This document shows, in pieces, positions 12,025-21,760 of a stretch of 64,000 nt of DNA. Both the position numbers and the translations under genes were made by a program. Origin of the DNA: Sphaerodactylus townsendi (Eukaryota); NCBI RefSeq assembly GCF_021028975.2, contig NC_059439.1, forward strand, positions 30,752,001 to 30,816,000, in the 5' to 3' direction. The notes under the pieces were generated by a model. The model worked only from the letters and a program-made list of their open reading frames with translations. It did no database searches and was not told the DNA's origin. Position 1 is the first letter of the stretch. Each line of letters opens with the position of its first letter.

Positions 12025-13039
12025 CTCCAGAAGAAGGGCAAATTCCAGGTGTCTGATTAGGAACTGTAAGGCCTTAAAACAGTTGAATCTGCATATTCTG
12101 TGTAACTGGACAAAGGGCACTCTGGACAAAGGGCACTATCAAGCTTGCCTAGTAACTGAAAGAGAATAGACTTTCAGGCCTGCATCTTTTCTTTGCTCAA
12201 CTGCATTATGGTTGCCAACTCCCCATTACAGAAAGAAAGTAATGGGGGGCAAGAAGAAAACCTTTGCATATAACAAAGTATATCCTTTATATGCCTTCTG
12301 CGCCTACAAAACTTGGGCCATTTTTGAGATTTATCGGATGATATATTATTGGTTTTGCTTCTGGGCCTGCGGTTCCGTTCTAATAAAACGCGTCAAGTTA
12401 GCGACGATCCAAAGCAATCTGAACGCTTGCAACAAAACAAAGGCGTGACAGAGAGGTGGGGAAGATCTAATTTATTTTTACAGCACAGATGAGTTAAGCA
12501 GAAATGTGGGGGACTAAATCCCACCGCACAAACTTTGCAATGCAGGCACAGGAGAGAAATTGATGAAAGGTCACAGACTGGTTGAAATGGAGTCTTTAAC
12601 TGGTCTTGCTTCTCTCTCAAAGTTTCCCCGAAAAAACAGAGAGGCGCGTGATACTAAAACTGTAGGTTGATGGGGCTTTAGTGGACCCTGGCAGCATCCA
12701 TACCTGAGGCAGCCCCTGAAAGATAAGACTCAGTAGAGAAGTGGCTATAAGAATTCATATTGACTGGCGCATCAGAAGAGAGAAGCAACCTAGATACACC
12801 ATGTCCACAAGAGCTATAGGACAGCATTGTCTCAAGACATCAGGACACACTTTGAGGGTCCACTTCATGGTACTTCAGAACCTCCAAAGGTGGTAGGGTT
12901 CCCCCCTCTAGTTCAGTATATGCAATGGTGACAATAAGAATATTCATACCGAGGCAGTAACAGCGGAGGCTTTTGATAATGGTGAGGAGCAGCAAACACC
13001 AGCGGATAAGGGCGGCATCGGAAACATTTTCCTCAGCGC

Positions 13040-13149
13040 TTACCGCCCCGGAGCAAAAATGTAGTCTAGAGCCTGCCGCTCCGGGCCTGCCACGTTGGGG
13101 TGCCAGAGGTCGGCGATAAAAATCACCCGTGGCCCGTCGGCGGGACAGC
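13040..13149 (-). CDS. ASPHD1: ASPHD1 last coding exon
   Basis: ttattgcag acceptor; [39 protein letters not shown]. Confidence 0.94.
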
Positions 13150-16100
13150 CTGCAATAAACATAGTTCTGATTAACAGGCAAGTGCAGCACAAACTGTGTG
13201 GCGTGCTTTATCAGCCTTGTCTTGAGGTAATCGTTGGGAATGCAGGTGAGGTAACTGCAGTGACTCCTGTCTTGCAGTAGGACATTTGCCTTGGTCGCCT
13301 GTGATGACTAGCCATCGCCTCAGGCGACCACGCACCTCTGTTGTTGAACAGGCAAGGCTACGTCAGCTGAGTCCACGGCTCTTTCTGATCTTGAATGTTA
13401 AACAAAAAACTGCAGGAGTGGACGAGAGCAGTGGGTGAGCAACCCTCGTCCCCATTCCTACAGACTTTCCTCTGAACATACTGGCTCTAAGGGGGCCTCC
13501 CTGGCAGGTGGCATAGCCTTGTCTGTTCAATAACATAAGAACAAGCCAGCTGGATCAGACCAGAGTCCATCTAGTCCAGCTCTCTGCTACTCGCAGTGGC
13601 CCACCAGGTGCCTTTGGGAGCTCACATGTAGGATGTGAACACAATGGCCTTCTGCGGCTGTTGCTCCCGATCACCTGGTCTGTTAAGGCATTTGCCATCT
13701 CAGATCAACAGAGGTGAATGGTCGCCTAAGGCAAGCCTACTGGTTTTACAGCTGTCCCACCCCTGGCTGCTTCTTAAAAGGCAGGTCCCAGGTGAGCTAA
13801 GGGATGCCAGTTAGAAGTTTCCTGCGTAATCGGAGAAGAAGAGGAGTTTGGATTTATACCCCACCTTTCTCTCTTGTACGGAGACTTACAAGCTCCTTTC
13901 CCTTCCTCTCCCCACAACACACACCTGGTGAGATAGGTGGGGCTGAGAGAGTTCAGCGAGAACTGTGACTAGCCCAAAGTCACCCAGCAGGAATGTGCGG
14001 AAACGCATCTGGTTCACCAGATAAGCCTCTGCCACTCAGGTGGAGGAGTGGGGGAATCAAGCCTGGTTCTCCAGATTAGAATTTACCTGCTCTTCACCAT
14101 GACACCGAGAAAGAGGAAAGATGTTTGTGAGTTAGACTGAAGTCCCTATTCGACCTCTGCGTTCAGCAGAGGCCAATCTGCTGGTGGTTCCTGGCCCCTC
14201 AATGATGCGGCTCGCCTCCACTCGGGCCAGGGCCTTCTCAGCCTTGGCCCCTGCCTGGTGGAACACTCTCCCTCCAGCTGTCCGGGCCCTGCGGGATCTG
14301 GGTGAATTCCGCAGGGCCTGTAAGACTGAGCTGTTCCACCGGGCCTTTGGAGTGTCCAGTTGCTGATTGGGTGCCCCCTTTTACTCATCCGGTTTGGAGT
14401 TCCCGCTGCCATCTACAGGACCCACCTTCCTGTCCTGTTTTCCCCCTCTCTGGGAGTGTTTTAATTGGGGTTTTATTGCGTGACGTCATCTCTGTTAATT
14501 TTATCGCTGTTTTTTAACTTTAATTTAATGGGGTTTGTTTGTATGGGTTGTAAATGGAAATTATGTTGTGCACTGCCCAGAGCCCTCCAGGGGTAGGGCG
14601 GTATATAAAACCAATAAATAAACAAACAAACAAACTGAGGCATTTCTACAGCTCCACCTTGAAAGGACACCGGAGGTTGGAGCGGCCCCAGACTCTGGCC
14701 CAAGAGAGTTGGATCCTGGGGATCACACCTGAGGCGGTTGTACGTTTCCCCCATGTTATAGGGGAAGGAACAGAGGTTGTGAAAGGACAACCTCCTACCC
14801 CCTGCATATGTAAGTAAAGCTTAAACCTGGGTCCCTTGACAATGGCACCGGGGCTTTCAAAACCACCTGTTCCTTATTACCATTGTGTGCTGTCGTGTGC
14901 AAGAAGGAGTCATCTACTAGGAGGCAGTATCCTTCTGACCAGCATTGTGGCTCACCACCTACCACCAGCTCACAACCGGGGGGCACCTTCAGCCCTGGAA
15001 AAGGAAGAAAGCAGGCACGTTTAGGAAGAAGGGCCCCAAATAACCTCCTCGCAACGTGAACACATGTGGACAAATACACATGTGTACACACAGGACCCCA
15101 AATTTAGTGATGAGGAAAGAAGCCCAAATTGGTTGTGGTGGGTTTTCCAGGCTGTGTGGCCGTGGTCTGGTGGATCTTGTCCCTAACGTTTCACCTGCAT
15201 CTGTGGCTGGCATCTTCAGAGGTGGATCACAGCGGGAAGTCTGTTACACACTGTGATACACCTCTGAAGATGCCAGCCACAGATGCAGGCGAAACGTTAG
15301 GGACAAGATCCACCAGACCACAGGCACACAGCCCGGAAAACCCACCACAACCAGTCAAATCCAGCCGTGAAAGCCTTCGATGAAGCTCAAATTGTTCAAA
15401 AGCAGTTGACACATGGAGATTATAGTGCACTGTATTGCCATCCTCTTACTTGGCTCTGACTTGCAAAGGTAAGAGCGGGAAAGGAACGTGTTGATGAGGG
15501 GAAACCAGACTGGAGACTCAGAAGGACAAGGAATAGGAAGCTTTTACATGCTGGAACCTTCTGTGGCTACTGCATGTTTTTCCATGCATCTGAGGAGAAA
15601 ATTCTGGATTACGTTCAAGGCATTGGTTTCGACCTTTGAGGCCTTGAGCGATCTAAGGGCTTCATAACTTCAAAACCACATCTTCTCATATTACAGTCCT
15701 TCAGAAGTGACTTACTAGTGGTTCCCAGCCCCAAAGACATTCAGTTGGCCTTTGAGGGCTTTCTTGGCCTTGGTTCCAGCCAGGAGGAACTCCCTGTCGG
15801 TGGACACCAGAGTTCTGTGGGGCTTTAATCAGTTTCACGGGTCCTGCAAGTTGACCACGGGGCTTTTGGTCGAGGCTACCCAGGAATCCATATAATCCCT
15901 GATAAGACAGCCTCCCTCATCTTGTGGATCTCCAACCACGCTCCCCCCCACCACACCCTTCCCCAGTAAATAGAGAACTTGTGCCAGGAGCGGGGTGTAT
16001 TGAGTTTTTAGATAAGGATTATAGTAATTTATATCCCCCCCTTTCTCTTCTGTAAGGAGACTGAAAAGGGTTTACAATCTCCTTTCCCCTGTTGCCCATG

Positions 16101-17142
16101 GATTCCCGGGTAACACCCCCACCCCAAACAAACACCCTCTAAGGTAGGTGGGGCTAAGAGAGCTCCGAAGAACTGTGATTAGCCCAAGGTCACCCAGCTG
16201 GTATGCACAAGATAACCTGGTTCACCAGATAAGCCTCCACAGCTCAAGTGGCAGAGCAGGGAATCAAACCCAGGGAAACGTCCGGGAAGGAAGACTCTGG
16301 CACTACCAACATTCACTGCTCACGCCCCTCTCCCACCGCCAAGCTCCCCCGCACTCCACTGCTCCCCCCAACAGGGTTTGCTCACCTAGGTGGCACCGTA
16401 CTCTGGTGTTGGTTGGCCCATAGGTCCCTGTCAGCACAGTTCCCGGTTGCAAGACGCTAAAGCAAGCGTTCCCAAAGCGGTTGGCGTTTACAAAGGTGCG
16501 CAGGGCACTCAGCGCCCTGTAGGTCCATGGGCAGCTGCGACAGTTCTGTGCCACGCACTCCCCCTGCCGGTAGAGGTAATAGCTGTGCCAGCCGGGGTTT
16601 GCGTTGGCCATCCATCCCCGCGGCGTAGGCGTCCCGGGTGCGAAATCCCACGCGATGTTCTCAAATTCGCGCAAGATAGCGGCGTAACTGAGTTCCAGGA
16701 CCTCGACGTCGTGGCGCTGGGACTCCCGGGGGAAGTAGGGGGCGGAGGGCAAATCTGGGAGATAAAAAGTGCTCGGCTTCTGGATGGCGAGGTGGTCGCC
16801 CAGCTGGTAGTGGGCCTGGTCCCGGATGCCTTTGTGCAGGCGGTTCATGCCAGACCACGAGTAGCGCTTGGCGTAATCCCGCAGGCTGCGATACAGGCGC
16901 TGGTTCATGGCATCGCTCTGGAGGGCACGGCGAGGGCATCGTTCCTCTGTGGGCACGCCCTGCTGGTGAGATGCAGGGGTCGCCTGCCCGCTCCCCACAC
17001 GGTAGCAATACCAGATGAACAGCAAGGCCAGGGAGCCCAGGACGGCTATGGTGGGTTCTGGTCGGGGCCTCCAAGACGAAGTGTCAGGGAGGAGTGGCGA
17101 GAGGAGGCCGCGGAGCCCCCAGTCGGACATGATACAGGGCAT
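13040..17142 (-). CDS. ASPHD1: Aspartate beta-hydroxylase domain-containing protein 1 (326 aa)
   Basis: Exons 17142-16386, 14994-14881, 13149-13040 total 981 nt; [67 protein letters not shown]; head-to-head with SEZ6L2 as in human. Confidence 0.93.
13531..13710 (-). mobile_element. CR1-like LINE 3' fragment
   Basis: AACATAAGAACAAGCCAGCTGGATCAGACCAGAGTCCATCTAGTCCAGC; near-identical copy at about 36292. Confidence 0.65.
13835..14107 (-). mobile_element. Squam3-like SINE
   Basis: Family match. Confidence 0.8.
14150..14635 (+). mobile_element. L2-clade LINE 3' end
   Basis: [15 protein letters not shown]...[17 protein letters not shown]2 C-terminus; GGGCGGTATATAAA...AATAAATAAAC tail. Confidence 0.8.
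14881..14994 (-). CDS. ASPHD1: ASPHD1 middle coding exon
   Basis: ttccag acceptor, GTAATA donor; [37 protein letters not shown]. Confidence 0.95.
15130..15381. mobile_element. Penelope-like element fragment, inverted pLTR pair
   Basis: About 100-bp inverted arms (15130-15232 / 15251-15353) with GAAGATGCCAGCCACAGATGCAGGCGAAACG; related copies at about 30603-30918, 38085-38210, 53690-53886. Confidence 0.75.
15261..15301 (+). ncRNA. Minimal type I hammerhead ribozyme motif (Penelope pLTR)
   Basis: CCT-CTGAAGA-T-GCC..GGC-GAAA-CG-TT-AGG; mirror copy on the minus strand at 15222-15182. Confidence 0.55.
16028..16273 (-). mobile_element. Squam3-like SINE, partial
   Basis: Family match. Confidence 0.75.
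16386..17142 (-). CDS. ASPHD1: ASPHD1 first coding exon
   Basis: First in-frame ATG after a TGA at 17157-17155; G|GTGAGC donor; start could alternatively be the ATG at 17130. Confidence 0.88.
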
Positions 17143-18154
17143 CTTCAAGCAGGCTCACAGCACCCCATGAGTGTCTGAGGACCTCTCTGGCCTTCTCATG
17201 CTGGCTCCTGGTGCCCTTTTAACCCCTTGTGCTACAGTGGGTGCCGTCCTCTCCGTCCTCAGCCGCGGCACCGATTCCCTCCTCCTCACATGTCCAGCTT
17301 TGTTTCTGGCTTCCAGGATCACTGGCTTAGCCTCTCCCCGGTCCTTTTCAACGCTCCTGCATCCCTCGGCCGGCCTGCCCTCCTTGCTCCATCACTGGCT
17401 TCTGTCTTTTCCTCTCCCCATGGCCAATCCAACATCTGTTACATCTCCACTCCTGCAATGTTTTCAGTCAACGATGCCCTGTTTCCTACCGGCTACTCCA
17501 GTTTTTCTCCATTCTCTATTGCTCTAGAGCTTTTCATGGCTTGTTTTCCTGCCAGAGACATCCGGAAAAGATTAAGATGTGCATCCCCCCCCCCTTTCCC
17601 CAGCGCGCACAGTTCCATCCACCACTGGCTCCATCCCTCCTTTTGACGTCGGACTCCTTCCTCGTATCAGCGCCGGGAGAGCTCCGCTGCATATCTAGCC
17701 ACCCCCACCACAGGGATCTGCTGCATCCCAGCACCAGCCAAAGAGCCTTTGAATAAACAGCTGCCTCCACCCCACCCCCCAGGCCCAAAAGTGAGTGGAT
17801 GAAAACATTAAGCGATGGAACTTGGCAGCGGGTAAATTGTACCATCCTTCTGGTTCCAGGGTGGGCGTGTGAATTGTAGGACCGACTGTGTCACCTGCAG
17901 GTTTGTGGCCAGGGGAAGGTCTCAACCCACAACCCCTCCCCTGGCTGTAGCAAGTATGGGCATACGCCTCACCTCCACCTCTTCCATCAATATCCAGGAG
18001 AGCCAGCGTGGCGTCGTGGTTAAGAGCAGGTGGATTCTAATCTGGAGAACCGGGTTTGATTCCCCACTCCTCCACCTGAGTGGCAAAGGCTTATCTGGGG
18101 AACCAGATGTGTTTCTGCACTCCTACGTTCCTGCTGGGTGACCTTGGGCTAGTC

Positions 18155-18314
18155 CAGGGGTAGGGAACCTTTAACACTCAAAGAGCCATTTGGACCCGTT
18201 TTCCACGTGCCTGTAGGGCGGGCAAGGATGAAGTCGGCGGCTCGGCTCGTGGAGCCGCAGTGCAAGGGCAGAAGAGCCGCATGTGGCTCTCGAGCCGCAG
18301 GTTCCCTACCCCTG
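18155..18314. mobile_element. Short hAT, CAGGGGTAGGGAACCT family
   Basis: Internal-deletion version of the 11591 element; TSD GGCTAGTC at 18147-18154 and 18315-18322. Confidence 0.88.
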
Positions 18315-18405
18315 GGCTAGTCACAGTTCTCTCCGAACTCTCTCAGCCCCACCTGCCTCACAAGGTGTCTGTTGTGGGGAGAGGAAGGGAAAGGAGCTTG
18401 TAAGC

Positions 18406-18473
18406 CATGCTGGCAGGGGATGATGGGAACTGTAGTCCATAACATCTGGAGGGCCGTGAGTTTGACACCTGTG
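18406..18473. mobile_element. Half palindromic MITE (left arm deleted)
   Basis: Right arm of the 135-bp family; TSD TTGTAAGC on both sides. Confidence 0.75.
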
Positions 18474-18950
18474 TTGTAAGCCACTTTGAGTCTCCTTAAA
18501 GGAGAGAAGGGGGGGATATAAATCCAAACTCCTCTTCTTCTTCCTCTCCTCCTCCTCCTCAGCTTCCTAACAACACCTTTCTAAACAATTGACCTTGTGG
18601 TCTTGTAGACCACAACGTCTTTTATTTCTTCAGTAATTTCATTGGTGTAAGGCCTAGTAACCCTGCATCTATCAATGACTCCACCACTCTGACTGTATAG
18701 TGGTGTCCCCTGGAGAAAATGGGTGGGTTCTATAGAACTGTGCCCCCCTGAAGTATCTGTCCTCCCCAGATTCCATCCCCAAAAGCCACCCCAGGTAACC
18801 TCAGAGGCAGAAGGAACACTCACAACTGCTTCATCACCATTTCCTGCGGCAGCTCTTCTCCCCACACACTGCATGAGACACTTTAACTCTAACAATGCCC
18901 CCTGGCCTCCCCAAGAACTCGTGCCTCTCAGGAGGTACTTAACTATCTTG

Positions 18951-19672
18951 AGAGCCAGCGTGGTGGACTCTAATCTGGAGAACCAGGTTTGATTCCCTGA
19001 TCTGCCACTTGAGCTGTGGAGGTTTATCTGGTGAACCAGATTAGCTTGTGCACTCCAACACATGCCAGCTGTGACCTTGGGCTGTGACCTATGATCTAGG
19101 CAAATAACCCCTGGGGAATCTTTTGGTGAACGAAATACATAACACAGACAGGAATGTGGTGTGGCTGGAACAGCCTAGAATTCCTTGTGCAGTGGGCAGA
19201 GACTGAATTCAGGATACTAATATGCTAAAGAGCTAGCAGACTTTGAATCTACATCATGTAAAACAAGTCATGTGTTACGCTTCTGGTTGTGCCGCCAACA
19301 GAAGCGATGGGAGTCACGGGATTCCCATATCTTCCCAACAACTGCTGGCCAAATGAGTGAGAACACGAGAGCCAGCGTGGCATAGCAGTTAAGAGCAGGT
19401 GCACTCTAATCTGGAGAACTGGGTTTGATTCCCGGCTCTGCCACTTGAGCTGTGGAGGTTTATCTGGTGAACCAGATTAGCTTGTGCACTCCAACACATG
19501 CCAGCTGGGTGACCTTGGGCTAGTCACAGTCCTTCGGAGCTCTCTCAGCCCCACCCACCTCACAGGGTGTTTGTTGTGGGGTGCAGGGTGGGCGGGAAAG
19601 GAGATTGTAAGCCCCTTTGAGTCTCCTTACAGGAGAGAAAGGGGGATATAAATCCAAACTCTTATTCTTCTT
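18951..19672 (+). mobile_element. Chimeric insertion: SINE 5' part + about 280 nt copied from SEZ6L2 intron 11 + full SINE
   Basis: 19087-19672 is the reverse complement of about 40385-40938. Confidence 0.75.
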
Positions 19673-20144
19673 GAGTGACTGCCTACAACCTTCGCTTAAT
19701 TTAGCAGCTCCTTAAAAATTAAACAGGTTGACAATGTCATTCCCAAACAGCGTTCCCCAAATAAATTCCTCCTCCAACAGTTCCCAACCCCACCAACTTC
19801 ACAGTCTGTACTTGGGCAAGCACCTTAGCACTTGGCCGATACTAATAAGATGGCATCCCAACTTCCTAGGGTTGACAGATCCAAGTTTTTAAAAGGTTTT
19901 TTTTTTAAAGAACCTTTTTCACATGGAAGAGAATTGGGTGACAGTTTGCTAGGGGACATGTTCAAGCCTGGTTCATGCATGCAGGAGAATGAGATGGGAC
20001 TGAACCAGCAGAAATCTGCTGATGGGCGGGAGTGATTAGAAAGGACTGTACCACTTCCATCTGCCCATTACATTTTGGAACACTCCCCTCTACTAACTCT
20101 TCCCTGCAAACAGAAAACCAGCAGAGTAAGAAAGGGGGTAGAAT

Positions 20145-20536
20145 CAGTGGTGGGATCCAAAAATTTTAGTAACAGGTTCCCATGGTGGTGGGATTCAAAC
20201 TGTGGCGTAGCGCCAATGGGGCTGGGCGGGGCACAATGGGGGCGTGGCCAGGCATTCTGGAGGCGGGGCATTCCTGGGCAGGGCTGTGGCAAGGACGTGG
20301 CCGCTGCGCCGGTCCTTGGGCGGGAAACGAATGCACGCAGGCGCAGGCTGCCACGCACGCCGGTGCACCTCCTGCTAGACTGCTTCAAGTTCTGCGCGCT
20401 ACGGCTGAGAGGAGGGGCGTAACTAAGGCAAAAATCACGTGGCAAAATCACCAATTAGTCCCCCCCTCTCGGCACACACAAATAATTAGTAACCTACTCT
20501 CGGGAACCTGTGAGAACCTGCTGGATCCCACCTCTG
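20145..20536. mobile_element. hAT, CAGWGGTGGGATCCA family
   Basis: Perfect TSD GGTAGAAT. Confidence 0.88.
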
Positions 20537-20981
20537 GGTAGAATATTCTCCTTCCTGTCCCCTTTTCATGATCCTTTTTTTGTTAAATGCAGAAACGTTG
20601 AAAGCTGGATTCCCTCAGTTGGAAGTGGTACAGTCTGTGCTACCGTCTGAGCCTGTACAACCTAATTCCTGCCCACCACCTCTTTGCGGGCCAGTCGGTA
20701 GAACCTGGCCTCCAGCTAACAGCCATTGGGGCCTCATGAAAACTGACAATTTGCCCCACACTCCCATAATTGCACGTTGCAGGAGGAAGGTTTGCCTTGG
20801 TAGGCAGGCGGTGTTTGGGGACAGTTTCTGCCCTCTTGCTGCCTTCACCTTGAGGAACTCCAAAGCCCCAATTCCCTGAAACCGAGCTTGGAAGGAAACC
20901 CGGGCCCTGCCTACCAATTCCCAAGGCCGTTCTTGAAGCATCGAGTCCCATCACAACTCCCCACCAACCCGTGCTTGAAAA

Positions 20982-21085
20982 TAGCAACCTTCCTGCGAAT
21001 CGCCCTTAGCAACTTCCCTGTCAGCTTCTGGTACCTTCCTTAGCAACCGCAGCGCCTCCCTTAGCAACCACCCTCCCATAGCAAC
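20982..21085. promoter_or_regulatory. Cluster of five RFX-type half sites between ASPHD1 and SEZ6L2
   Basis: TAGCAAC at 20982, 21007, 21041, 21062, 21079. Confidence 0.5.
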
Positions 21086-21614
21086 CGTTGTGAAGGAAGG
21101 TTGTTGGAGCCTTTCGGCTGCTCCCACAATAACCCTTCCCTTCCCCTGTCCCCTCGCCCAGAGCCCCTCTGCACACATCCCTTTCCCTCCCCAATCCATC
21201 CATTCCAGGAACTGACTTTTTTTTCTCCGGTATCCTTTCTTGTTCAGCACCTCGAGCATCCCTGGAGGAAAAGGGCCAACTCTTTGCTCGAGGCCAGGAG
21301 GGGTGAGAGTCTTGTGTGGACGTGATAGGTGGGAGGGTGGTCTCACTGCAATGAGGGGGGGAACGTGTGGATGGGGAAGTTTTTTGGGGGAAATGGCCAG
21401 GAGGAATGCTGGAAAGGAAAGTAGAAGCTACAGCTTGGTAAACATCAGGCAGTAAACGGGGCTGTGTTTTTCCAAAAGGAATCTGGGCTTTAAAAAGGGG
21501 AAATGAAGATAAAGAAAACTGGGAGCATTGCACAATAGACAAACTTGATCTAGCTTAGACAACTTAACAAGTGTAGAGATTTGGGGGCCCCTAATACACC
21601 TGCAGGATCTAAGG

Positions 21615-21760
21615 CAGTGCTGGCGAACCTTTGGCACCCCAGATGTTATGGACTACAATTCCTATCAGCCCCTGCCAGCATGGCCAATTGGCCATGCTGG
21701 CAGGGGCTGATGGGAATTGTAGTCCATAACATCTGGAGTGCCAAAGGTTCGCCACCACTG
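21615..21760. mobile_element. 146-bp palindromic hAT MITE
   Basis: Near-perfect foldback centred on GGCCAATTGGCC; TSD ATCTAAGG; deleted relative at 21818-21892. Confidence 0.88.

Larger units (their letters stand above)
17998..18560 (+). mobile_element. Squam3-like SINE with two nested hAT insertions
   Basis: SINE resumes after each 8-bp TSD. Confidence 0.85.

Noticed and set aside
16390-17178. 262-aa plus-strand ORF
   Set aside because: Antisense shadow of the GC-rich ASPHD1 exon.
17667-17685. REST/RE1-like site TCAGCGCCGGGAGAGCTCC
   Set aside because: Half-site spacing is one base short of canonical and both halves have mismatches.
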